Source: Octopus vulgaris
Taxonomy: Eukaryota
NCBI GenBank assembly: GCA_951406725.2
Contig: OX597824.1
Span: 66,836,001-66,900,000 of the forward strand
Reading direction: 5' to 3'
DNA: 64,000 bases
Shown: positions 35,856-47,398 of the stretch, one piece after another
Layout of the letters: every line of letters begins with the position of its first letter
How positions within the stretch are numbered: position 1 is the stretch's first letter
Program-made: the position numbers and the translations under genes
Notes under the pieces: generated by a model
Seen by the model: the letters and a program-made list of their open reading frames with translations, nothing else
What the model was told of the DNA's origin: nothing
Database searches by the model: none

Positions 35856-36847
35856 CTCGACTTGTACTTATTTCCTCGATTCCGGATGGATGAAAGGCAA
35901 AGTCGATCTCAGTGGAATTTCTAGATATATCTATATATGATCGTGACTGTCTGTTTCTCCTATCTGTTCAATCAACGTCAGTCGGCGAACTTTCAGAATA
36001 ACTGATACATATAAATCGGAGTTCCATTTTTTTTGTTTTTGTTTTTCCGAAATTTTTCCAGATTTTATAGTTCACACATTTCAAAACAGTTGGGCGAGAA
36101 CTTGGAAAAACTTCAGCCTCACCCTCATTTTCTCCCAAATTTGTTTACTTTTAAAGTTTTTTTTTTTGGAGGTTCCGGAAATTGTCAAAAATCGGCATTG
36201 TTAAATTCCCCACCACCCCAATTCTTCAATTTTGACTTTTTTCCCCCCCAACCCTAAATACAGAAATGTTCTGAAATTTTTGTCCGAATCATAATGCCCG
36301 TATTTTTCCACAAATTTTGAAGAAAAAAAATTCTGAAAAATGTTTAAAATTAAGAAAATGGGGGTGTAATTTTAAAATGCCGATTTTTGCCAATTTTTTT
36401 TACAGATTCGTATATCCGTAGCTGAAAGTAGGGGGAGGGGAAGGACGTCGAAAAAAATTTTTTTAAGGGTGGTTTGGGGGTGGAGACGGAAGTCTTGCCG
36501 AGAAGGAAAGACTTCCAACGGGTGGAAGTCTTGCCGAGAACTTGGAAAAGAAGTAAATAAATCCGTGTTTTGCAAAAGTCTGTCCTACCGCCACGCCACT
36601 TCCGAACAGCAGCCACCACTAAAATTATTTATTTTCATCTTCTTATAGTACACCATATTTTGAAACATTTGTAATCCGCATTTTTTGGAGAAAACATTTC
36701 GTACCCCCGCTCCCACCCACCACTCCCCTTTCTATCGTACTTACCACGATTAAAATGAAATTATTTTATTTTTTTCTTCGTATTCTTCCACCTGAAACAC
36801 TTCTGATTGCCTTGTAATCCTCATCGCTGTCACTATCATCATCAAAA

Positions 36848-37058
36848 CAGCGAGCTTGGCAGAATCGTTAGCACTCCGGGTAAAATGCTTGGCGGCATTT
36901 CGTCCGTCTTTACGTTCTGAGTTCAAATGCCGCCGAGGCTGACTTCGTCGTTCACCCTTTCGGGGTCGATAAAAATAAATACCAGTCGAACACCGGAGTC
37001 AATGAAACCGACTTACCCACTCCCCAGAAATTGCTGGCCTTATGCCAAAATTTTAAGT
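36848..37058 (+). mobile_element. tRNA-derived SINE, family A
   Basis: A-box-like TGGCAGAATCG, B box GAGTTCAAATGCC and core CCTTTCGGGGTCGATAAAA. Other copies at about 13080, 52325(-), 57105, 58155, 58390 and 58612. Confidence 0.8.
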
Positions 37059-37869
37059 CATGTCATCACAAATATTAACACCATGAGACTCTGACAAGAC
37101 AGTATATAAAGTGGTTGTTCGACTTGGTAGAAACAGCAGCAAAATCTCCCTTTAACTATTTTAAATGAAATAAAAGAATAGTACATTGACTCCTTGTACG
37201 GATCTTTTCTTTTTGAAGGCCAGATTTTCCTAGTTAACTAAAAAATTTGAAACTTCGTATACTGGTAAGATCCCACATGTACTGATACACTTACGTCAAC
37301 AACATACCAAATAGAGACCAAAACCATCTGACTGGAATCAATGAGGGAGCTTGAACGTGATCTAAAAACCAGCTAAAAATAGTGACCAAATGTCTCTGAA
37401 ACTGCACCTTGCCATCCTAGAAAAAAAATCAATGGATAATATGACTGAGTTACTTGTACATAGGGTTACAGCTGGAATGCCTTTAATATTATTGCTCTCA
37501 AATCAGCCCTAACATTTGAGAAAAGACAGAGAGGAGTACAAGGGGTTGATCACTTTTGGAGCACCTTTTCATCATAGGCGTGCTCGATGAAAGACTGTCC
37601 TGAGTCTAAACAACGACAGCAACATGACAACATTAACAGCAATACCATGAGCCAACGATGAAGCTTCTACATATAAAATTAATATATGAGAGTGAGGGGG
37701 GGGGGAGACATTTGGGAAACCTGAATTTAAAAAAATAATGTCCGCTCCCAACTGTTTTGAAATGTGGGATGCTATAAAACGTGAGAAAATACTTTAAAAA
37801 AATTCGAAGAAATTCGGATTTATATGTGACAACTATTCCGCCCATTAGTTTCATCACTCTTATAGATGA

Positions 37870-38252
37870 CTAGCAGTATCGCCCGGCGTTGCTCGGGTTT
37901 GTAAGGGAAATAACTATAAAGCATTTTTAGAGAGTTATAGCCAAAAAATAGCAAAAAAATGGGGAAAAAATGATGGTAAATTTTTTTGAGAGTTAAAAAG
38001 GTCGAGTTGCGTCCCCTAGACAGTCTGTGGTTTGTGTTTCTGATTGTCGACCCCATGTCGAATTTATCGATTTTTTTCAGAACTGGGGGAACTTTTCAAA
38101 ATTTTCGCTGCGTTAGTTTTGAATTATGACATTGGGCTACATGTGTGTCAAGTTTCATCAGAATCGGTTGAAAGCCGTGGTCAGGGTGAGGGTACAACCT
38201 AACAGACACACAGACACGCAGACAGACAAACTGCCGTTTATATAGAGAGAGA
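37870..38252 (-). mobile_element. Non-autonomous Helitron
   Basis: Minus-strand 3' end CCCGAGCAACGCCGGGCGATACTGCTAG|T is identical to 27973-28000; 5' TC terminus at 38252. Confidence 0.85.
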
Positions 38253-38507
38253 TGATAGCAAACGTTCTGCTCGGAGAAATATAGAATATTGTTATCAAAT
38301 AAAAATACAAAGCCACAAATTTCCAAAGAGAAAATTATATAGATACCAGTACTTGACTGACACTTGTTTTTACGACTTCAGAAAGAGAGAATCATAAACT
38401 GAGATCGACAGGAATTGAACTCAGAATATTAAAAAGCACAACGTAACATTTTTATCTATCGTTCTGCAGATGTTTGCCAAACGCAGTTCATGTAACAATC
38501 CATACAA

Positions 38508-38808
38508 TGTGGCACTCCATCGGTTACGACGAAGCGGGGCTCCAGTTGTTCCTATCAACGGAACTGCTTGCTCGTGGCATTAACGTGCATGTGGCTGAGC
38601 ACTCCACAAACACGTGAACCCCTTAACGTAGAGTGTGACAAGTCTGGCCCTTTGAAATGCAGGTACTATTCATTTTTGCTAACCGAGTGGACAAAAGCAA
38701 CGTGTAATAAAGTGTCTTGCTCAAGGACACAACGCATCGCCGGGAATTGAACTCACGACCTCGTCATCGTGAGCCAAAACCCTAACCACTGAGACACACG
38801 CCTTCATA
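38508..38808 (-). mobile_element. tRNA-derived SINE, family C
   Basis: Reverse complement aligns along its length with 62280-62605; related heads at about 41250-41573(-) and 41590-41835(-). Confidence 0.8.
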
Positions 38809-38871
38809 ATTCATACAATATACCATATCTATTCATTCTTAAAACGTTCAGACAAATTCAAATGTGATTAA

Positions 38872-40490
38872 TTTTATTATTACCCATACAGGGCCAACAA
38901 AGAGGGACATACATCACATTGGGGACATACAAAAATTGCAATAAAAAAAAAAAATGTATGATATAATGAAAGATGGAAACATGTAAAATGAAAATGGTGT
39001 TACTTGCCCCTTCAAGTAACATCACTTGCTTCCTTTCCTCTATTCTCCATTATGTTTATCCCATACCTTTTTTTGAAGTTTTTAAAATTCTATATCCTGT
39101 GGAAGTTTTTCTTTGTTAAAGTCAACTTTCCACAGTCAATATTCCCCTTTGCATCTCTCTATTTCCATCCTTTGCTGTTCCGTTATTAATAGCACTATAC
39201 CTTCCACTCTGTCCTCAGCCTCTACATCAACATGGACTGTGTTTTTCCATTCAATTGTCTTTTCAAACAGTTCATCATCATATATTAATTACACACTCAC
39301 AACAGCCAATGGGAGGGTAAGTTTGTGGGTCATTGTGTAAATGTGATCTTTTCTTTTGTTTTTGTGATGGAGGGGGAATGGGAAGGCTTAGTGTCTGCAG
39401 GGCGAAGGTGGGACAAAGAGGGTATGAGAGGGCCTTGTGTAGTTGATGGGTGAAGTTCTGTGTGTGTCGGACTTGTCTTTTTCCCCCTTTTATTTCCGGT
39501 ATTTTCCCATTCTTCCTCTTTTACTTTTTCTGAAACCATTTCTTCCTCCTCTTGTCCTTCCTGGGGCTTCTCTTGTGGCTTCTCCACTTTTTTATCCGGT
39601 GGAGGGCATTTCGCTCTTATGTGGCCCTTCTGGCCACATTTAAAATGCCGAGGGATTCTGCCCTCTACCCTAACATTCAATATGGTTCCGCTCACAGTCA
39701 CCGTTTCCACCATTTCTTCTATTGTTTCTTTTGAACCTTGAATTATCATGTTCGAACCTTGGCCTTTCCAATTCACGCTTTTCGTTTCTGTGGCCTGGAT
39801 CACCGCTATTTTGTCCTCAGTATCAACCAAGACGGGAGCTGCTATCTAGGCCACATCTGTCTCTGGTGGAATTCCTTCTACCCTTACCCGTGACGCTCTC
39901 TGTCCCGGGTACGTGGGTAGAAGTACTAGTGGTGTTGCTGAGTGTTTTCATTTTTGAACCTGACTTCAACTTCTCCGAATATCAATCCTCTGGTATGATA
40001 TGTTATTTCTTGCCAGATTGGCCGCAGCGCCTTCTCTACTTGCTCAATTGTCACGTGGTCAATTATTTTCCTTCTAAATCGAGTAGGTTTTGTACGTCAC
40101 TGTTCTTCCTTTCATTATTTTTGTCGTATCATGCGGGGGGTTACTTGCACGTTGTAACCGTCCCGACTTAATAACTTCTTGAATTTTTCCACTTCAATCT
40201 CCACATTGTCATCCGATTCTCGGGCGACGCCTGCGAACTTCTTCTTTCTTCCTTCCAATTCCCTATCCATAACTCCAATAGTCCTTAACAGTTCATCTTC
40301 AGATGTTGACAGTTCCGATCCGCTAAGGTTGAGTAGAACATTTTTTTTACTTGTCATGCTTCCCTCAAAACGCTGAAGGTCAGCACAAGCATACACAACG
40401 CTGCAATGCAGCACAGAACACTCAAACACCACAGAAAACCACCAGCACAAAAACAAACAAAAAGCAAACTTCAGAACTGGGTTGCGTGAT
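38872..40490 (-). mobile_element. Tx1/L1-like non-LTR element with a disrupted gag-like ORF1 and no visible ORF2
   Basis: ORF from ATG 40357 (MTSKKNV...), continuing in a broken frame with RVEGRIPRHFKCGQKGHIRAKC (CCHC knuckle, first Cys replaced by His). The 3' end GTCCCTCTTTGTTGGCCCTGTATGGGTAATAATAAAA resembles the tail at 40500-40560. Confidence 0.6.
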
Positions 40491-41989
40491 GCAAATTCAA
40501 TTTCTTTATTAGGCATAAAGCCCCAAACACAGAAAGGGACACCACAAGGACAGACAAGACCACAGTGGGGACAAAAAGAATAAAACGAATGTAAATGAGA
40601 TGAAAAATTATTTAAAAATGAAAATGGTCGCATGGATGGTCACTGTTGGAATCAAGGCTGCCTTAGAGAATTAATTCAGCTTATAGCTATGTATTATTAA
40701 CACACTCGTTCGTTCTGTCTAGTAATGTTGGCGTATCCCTTGTGAAAAGTATAGTGTAAAATGAATGGATACTATGGAACAAGCAATACACGTCTCATTT
40801 ATCAGTTATTTCATTACATTCAATGTTAAATTTCCAATAAGAATGATTAGCATGGCTCTTTCTGCGCACCAGCTCAATTCTAGGCATAATTTCAGGGACA
40901 TAACCACATATCATTCTCAGTTGACAATCTGGCAACGAAGTTTGTTTTTAGTGGTTGAAACCTTTTATTCACAGCGGGAACAGTTACCGGTGCTTCACAC
41001 ATTTCTTTTTTACAGATGTAAAAGAGATCACCGTGGGACACCAGAATGATGTTTGGGAAGGGGTTACAGAAAGTGCTTTCATTGCGGTATCATTAATACA
41101 TTTCACAAATCTATCTTGGGAATTGTTTGGAAACTGATCTGAAATTAATTTTAAAGAGGTATGAAATGAATTGATGATTCAATCCACTAATAATAGGAAA
41201 ATAGTACACTATTTCATTATGTCACTATAAAGGGGTAAAAAACCCCATTGGTCATGAATGTTAATGGAATTGCACCTAGAAAGTTCCTCTCTAAAGCACA
41301 CAAGTCCGGGCAAGGTTGTTTTTATGGAAGACCAGCAGTCGCCCTTGCATACCGGCCTCCCCTCTCCACGCCACCAGTGTTCCAAAAGAAAGGCAGAGTC
41401 CGATGCAGCTTGGCATCAGTGACGTCGCAACTAATTTCTACAGTTGAATGAAAAATAAAGTGTAAAATAAAGTGTCTTGCTCAAGAACACAACACACAGT
41501 CCGGTCTGGGAATCGGACTCACTACCTCATGATTGTGAATCCGACACTATAACCACTCAGCCATGCGCCTTCACTATATCACTGTATCGACCAGATTATC
41601 GGATGTCGTTGCTTCCTCGCATTGCTGTTGCTTCTGAATGATGCCATCCCGTTGGTTAAGCGAACAGGCCAACATTCCTCTTGAAAGAGGGTAATGCCCG
41701 TCACAGGGTTACTCATTTACACTTGAGTGGATTAGAGTAACGTGAAGTGAGGGGTTTTACTCAAGAACACAACTGGTCTGAGAATCGAAACCACGATCTT
41801 GAGTGCAACGCCCTAACCACTTAGCCACGTGCTTTTTACATATCAAAACGAAGTAGGCCCGGTCCAACATACTGACGTTATTTTATGTCCTCCACTTGTA
41901 GTAGTGTAGAAATTTGACTCATATTCTCTAAAACATTGTCATGACCCATTTCCAGCTTATCGTTCTACAGCTCAAGTTTCATCCAAAAT

Positions 41990-43330
41990 GCTCTTAATTT
42001 GTTGACTAAGAAGTCTGTATAACGGTAACTAGATGCCTTGAAGTATCTTGTTAACTGCATTGAGTAATAAGAAAAAAATCGTTTAGGAAGGTTAGCTTTG
42101 CAATCCGTTTATGAGAAGTGAACTTGATCACTTTATTCTGTTTTCTCGAACGAAAAGAATTATTTAGATTAATCTTTCATCATTGCAACGACTACGACTA
42201 TTGAAAACCATCTCAGTTTTGCGTGAAACAAAAGCACATCTTCCTCAGCATTTTATTCTTTACACAACAGAAGCAGTATACTTGTGTTCAGAAGACTAGA
42301 TATGACGAAGTTCATCGTTCGTACGTTATAGAAAACAGATCTGAGAAATGGAGGCAGTATCTTCATACACAATGCATACCTATTAACCATACAGTTCATG
42401 TTTTTTTACATCACTCTTTACATTAGACACTGTTAAGAAAACCCAGTATTGTAGGAACTGCATCGGTTATGCAGCAACCGACTATCATTTACCAAGAAAG
42501 ACCTTTTTTCACACAGAAACTATGTACAACTTCATATATGTCTTCTTTTGTTGTGCTCACCAAGGCTTGACAAAACAAATTGTTTTAAAAATTCGAATCC
42601 TTCATTTATATCTTGTATGTACCAGTTGATAGATATGAAGTGATATATCTGTGAGAGATATATAATAGTTTTCGTAACCAAGGATCGAAACTTGAATCTT
42701 TACGTGTGTCTCCTTTGTTCTCTAAATGTACACGTAAAATCCTTTCGTTTAACCTGCTCGAAATTCGCCATTATCTTACACGAAGCAAAGGTTAACTTAG
42801 ATAAACTTGACTTAATTTTCAATCGCGGTGACACAGTTAAGCTTTGAGATAGGTATATATATATTGGCAATCCCCGAGAAAAAATAAACAGGTGGTTTCT
42901 TTGTCAGTTCCAGGGAGCACTTCATCATTTCACTTATACATTAACAAGTTTCATCCGCATGAGTCTTTGCTTTCCGCCTTTCACTTGCTTATTGGTAGTC
43001 AACTTTAAGGATATAGATAAGAAGTCGCGGTGTAAACAGTTGTATAAATTCCGCAACAACTTCATTTTCTTGCTTCATTTAATACACCCATCAGTTATTC
43101 GGTTATCTCTGCACGCATTTTTTTTTCTCTCCTTCTTTCTGTGTTTTTTCTCTGTGTATCTTTCTGTTGAAGAGCGTAGGCTCGAAACGTTAAAGACTTG
43201 TTTTATTTATATTTCCTGAGCGCCATACTAATACAATTGTTTGTTTGTATTCCACCTGCCTTCGTCTTTTGTTTATTTCCGTAAACCTGCCTTCGTCTTT
43301 TGTCTATTTTCATAAAGCTTCCCGTTATAT
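41990..43330 (+). mobile_element. Highly degenerate Penelope-like element
   Basis: Residual YIG (IYIGNPR, about 42860) and FIFLLHLIHP (like IFxLxTLxPxG), followed by a hammerhead-like motif. The 5' boundary is uncertain. Confidence 0.4.
43159..43196 (+). ncRNA. Minimal hammerhead-like motif with variant core
   Basis: TCTTT-CTGTTGA-A-GAGC-GTAG-GCTC-GAAA-CG-TT-AAAGA: stem I TCTTT/AAAGA, stem II GAGC/GCTC, palindromic stem III AACGTT. Core position A6 is T. Confidence 0.6.
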
Positions 43331-44026
43331 ACTTCTTACATGTGTATAAACTCAAGTAAAGATTTCTAGCGTAGCCTCTTATATTTTTGAACTACCGTGT
43401 ATATCGTTTATAAATATAAGGTATCTTTCAACAAACGTTATCATTTCACATTGGCTGATTAAGCAGTTCCTTTGCTTGTCATATATTATGAATATTTCAG
43501 CAACCATATGTGGGTATATTAGTTCTTGTAGTTTTTAGGAGCTATCTTGTTGGTAGTAAAGTAAATTAGTTTCATTTTGTCTTTATAACTACCCACTCTG
43601 ATTAAGCCGAATATGTTTCATTTATTTTCTGTTTGGAATGCAATTGATGTTTGTCAGTTTGATGAGGATCATCTAGTTACAGAAATGTCGTTTCAGAAAG
43701 CTTGGCTTCAATCTCTGAACTTAAATGAAACTTTGGCAAACAATACATTGTAGGGAGAACTTTTTTCATTTTACCCTCCACTGATATTAAATTTGATGTA
43801 TGCTTCTTTATAATTTTTTTTACCACTGGGTGCCATAGTTACCTAGAATGTAAAAGTAAATGTTTTAGTTGTTAGTTTGCTAAATACGTACACTCTAAAA
43901 CCACAAGGTATTTTAAAACATTTACACACACACACACGGATGCAGGTAACACCAAGTGATTAAGAAGTTTTCGCAATAATGTGGACCCAGGTATTGGTTT
44001 CGCTGCGAAGAATGTGGTGCTAGTGT

Positions 44027-44127
44027 GACAATCTTTCGGAATTAGTATACGTCATTCATCCACACAACATTCCCTCGTGATATAGATAAGGGTGAAAGAC
44101 GTCGTCTACTAATTCCGAAAGATCGCC
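44027..44127. mobile_element. 101-bp MITE with 25-bp TIRs and an 8-bp TSD (Merlin-like)
   Basis: GACAATCTTTCGGAATTAGTATACG ... CGTCTACTAATTCCGAAAGATCGCC; TSD GCTAGTGT / GCCAGTGT. Confidence 0.8.
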
Positions 44128-45213
44128 GCCAGTGTTCTTATAACTGAAAATACGGCAAACGAAAACGGGGTTTGTAAGCTTGTCGGTTGGATTGTACTGG
44201 TAAATTCAAAGTTCTAGTCTTATCACACACTGTATCATGCTGATTCTCCCTGGAAATTAAGTCAATGGTTCGTCACTGTAGAATGTTCGGACACATACAC
44301 GCTCATACAATGAGTAAGTTGTTTCGTTGATCGAACAATTACTCATCATAGAAATCGACGGGAATCCCTTTGCATTTTATATACATTTGTGTGTGTGCTT
44401 TATACATACACACACAAATATAACATTATATTTGCATGTACATTCGCACACATTTCTAAACACAGATGTATGCGTGCGTGTTTGAGCACGCACAATAACT
44501 CTTGTGTATATTATATTTCATCACATACGCTTATATTATGTGTGTGCTGCGTGTCTTATTTGCTGTTTTACCCCCATTTCTTAATGTGGGCCGCTTATAT
44601 AATATCAAGGACCTTGACATTATTGCTGTTAACCAAATTCCTGCAAACTTCAGCACTGAGTTTGTCAAGAGAATTTCACGTGACGCGCAATTGCCAAACT
44701 AATACGTACATGAAAACTGTTCTTTATACTACTACTACTACCACTACCACTACTACTACCACTACCACTACTACTGCTGCTGCTAATAGTAATAATAATA
44801 ATAATAATCATAATAATAATGTGTCACAAATTTGTGGGTTGGAAATGTACGGTGATTAAATCAGCCCCAGTATTTGAGTGGTTCTTTAACGAATGGCAAA
44901 GTTGACTCCGGAGGGACAGAATAATTACTGTAAAATATTTTTTTCCGGCACTTTTACGGTTTTGCCAACCCATCTTCCTCTAACATAGATAAAAGGCGTG
45001 AAATATAGTGGGAAGGGAGGAAATTAGTCGATGAGTATATGTATGTGTTTGTGTGTCCGTCTGTCTGTCTATCTGCCTGTCTGAGAAGGAGAGAAAGAAA
45101 GAGAGAAAGAGATATATGGATATAGATATGTGTATATAAAATACATACACGTTTACACAAACATAGTAGCACACGTGTATGTGTGTGTATATATACGTAC
45201 GTGTGTGTGTGTG

Positions 45214-45249
<36 letters not shown>

Positions 45250-45250
<1 letters not shown>

Positions 45251-45720
45251 TAGTCTAGGTATCCTGCGTTGCTCGGAAGTTTAAGGAATGTTAAAGGAAA
45301 TAAATATATTCATTCTGATAAAAAAAATACATATATTTCTGAAAAATTCTATGAGATGACATAAATATAAACGAAGTTATTAAAAGAAATCCTGAAATCA
45401 ATCGCGGTTCAATTTTGTAGAACTTCTAAATATGCAATGTTTTCAGGGTGTCCTTTAACTGGCGTACAAATAAAGAGTTTTGGGCTTTCCAACTCACGAA
45501 CATCCTACATATAACTACCCATGAGAGAAGCAAGGTTAAGTCCACCAACCTTGATAGATTGTCCATGAGATTTGTTTATCGACATAGCAAAAGTTAGTCT
45601 CACTGGGAACTGGAGCCGTTTAAATTCAAAGGGAGGTCAGATTGCATTAACGAGATACGTGGAATGAAGACATCCTCACCCTTATATTTCCTAGTGATAA
45701 TCGCTGCCTCTAGAACATGG
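45250..45720 (-). mobile_element. 3' end of an autonomous-type Helitron (helicase C-terminus)
   Basis: Minus strand encodes GEDVFIPRI...EFKRLQFPVRLTFAMSINKSHGQS...LYVGCS and ends CCGAGCAACGCAGG...CTAG|T. Confidence 0.9.
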
Positions 45721-45759
45721 GATTGTATTGCTTTCATTGAACAGGCAAGGTGGATCCAG

Positions 45760-47398
45760 AGTGAAGAAGGGTCTGGTGGGGCAGATCAGGACTAAATAGG
45801 AAGATCTTCAACTCCCAGGTGTTCTGTCTATACACTGTATTGTACATCAGCAAGCACTCTGTAGGAAAGACTTAAATATTTCTTGCATACTGAAACCAGT
45901 CGTTTCTGTGGTGAACTGCATTCAAGTTCAAGCACTTAATCAACACCGGTTCCAGGTTTTTCTTGAAGAAATTGATTCTGAATTCTGTGACTTGCCGTAT
46001 CACGTAGCATTGAGGTGGTTCAGCTGTGGTAAAGTCCTGTGTCATTTTTATAAGCTCTGAAGAGAAATAGATGTTTTTCTCATCAAAAAGGATAGAGCTG
46101 ATCCACTTCTGTCAGATCCTATTGGGCTGTTAAAGTTGTCGTTTTTGGTTGATATCACATTCCACATGAATGAATTGAAATTGAAACTTCAGGGAAAGGA
46201 TAACCTTATCTGTGATCTCTGCAGAATCATCAAAGTATTTTGGGGAAAGCTATCATTGTTTGAAACACAAGTGGAAAGAGGAAACTTCTCTCATTTTCAG
46301 TGTTTCAAAGTTTCATGCTGGAATCACAGAAGATATCAACCTCCAGTTTCTGAAGAAGATTATTCTTGACTTAAATAAGTAATTTTTTGAAAGATTTTCA
46401 GATCTTGACAGAATTGAGTGAAATTCTTCTGTTCCAGAATCCATTTGTTTGTAACCTTGATGATGTGCCATTTGAACTACAGTTGGTGTCCATTGATTTG
46501 CAAGCAAGTGACTTGTTGAAAGAGAAACACAGAGAAGGAAAACTTGTTGAACTTTGTCGCTGCTTACCTGATGATGAGTTTTCAAAGTTGAAGAAATTCG
46601 CCTCTAGTATGGCGTGAGTGTTAGGAACAACTAATGTTTGTGAGCAAGCATTTTCAAAAATGAAGTATGCAAAGTCAGCACATCAAACGAGGTTGACTGA
46701 TGAACATTTAAAAGCAATTCTCTTGGTTGAATGCAGCAATTCCAAAGCAAGTATTGATGATATCTCAAAAGCTAAACACCAGTTTCACAAATCTCACTAA
46801 CCTTTTTTGCTATTTAGTTTGTGAGATTTGGATATGTGTGCATTGTGTATGATATAACTATCTTAATGCTAACGTTGCCTTCTTTGATAAATTTTGCTGT
46901 GTGGTAAGTAGCTTGCTTACCAACCACATAGTTCCAGGTTCAGTTCCATTGCATGGCACTTTAGGCGAGTGTCTTCTACTATAGCCTTGGGCCGACCAAA
47001 GCCTTGTGAGTGGATTTGGTAGACGGAAACTGAAAGAAGCCCGTCGTATATATGTATAGTGTGAGTGTTTGTGTGTCTGTGTTTGTCCCCCTAACATCAC
47101 TTGACAACCAATGCTGGTGTGTTTATGCTCCCATAACTTAGTGGTTCAGCAAAAAAGACCGATAGAATAAGTACTAGGCTTACAAAGAATAAATCCTGGG
47201 GTCGATTCACTCGACTAAAGGCGGTGCTCCAGCATGGCAGCAGTCAAATGACTGAAACAAGTAAAAGACAGAGAAATATGTTGGTTGTCTTTATTTTTTT
47301 GTGTATTCACTGTATTGTTTTGAACAAAAGGGTTATGCAGCCTGCGTTCATCATTCTCCGTTATCTGACCCACTGTGAAAAAAGTTTGGTGACCCCTG
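45760..47398 (+). mobile_element. 5'-truncated hAT (Charlie/Buster/SPIN-type) transposase relic with right TIR
   Basis: HCIVHQQALC, LPYHVALRWFSCGKVL, SFLVDITFHMNELKLKLQGK, GTTNVCEQAFSKMK...RLTDEHL (hAT dimerisation domain). TIR AGTTTGGTGACCCCTG is followed by GTCTAGCC (nnnTAnnn-type target). Confidence 0.9.
46895..47272 (+). mobile_element. tRNA-derived SINE, family B, inserted in the hAT relic
   Basis: Matches 61907-62270. Confidence 0.85.

Noticed and set aside
45760-46800. Host gene GTF2IRD2/ZBED-like
   Set aside because: Multiple stops and frameshifts plus an intact TIR identify it as a dead hAT transposon.
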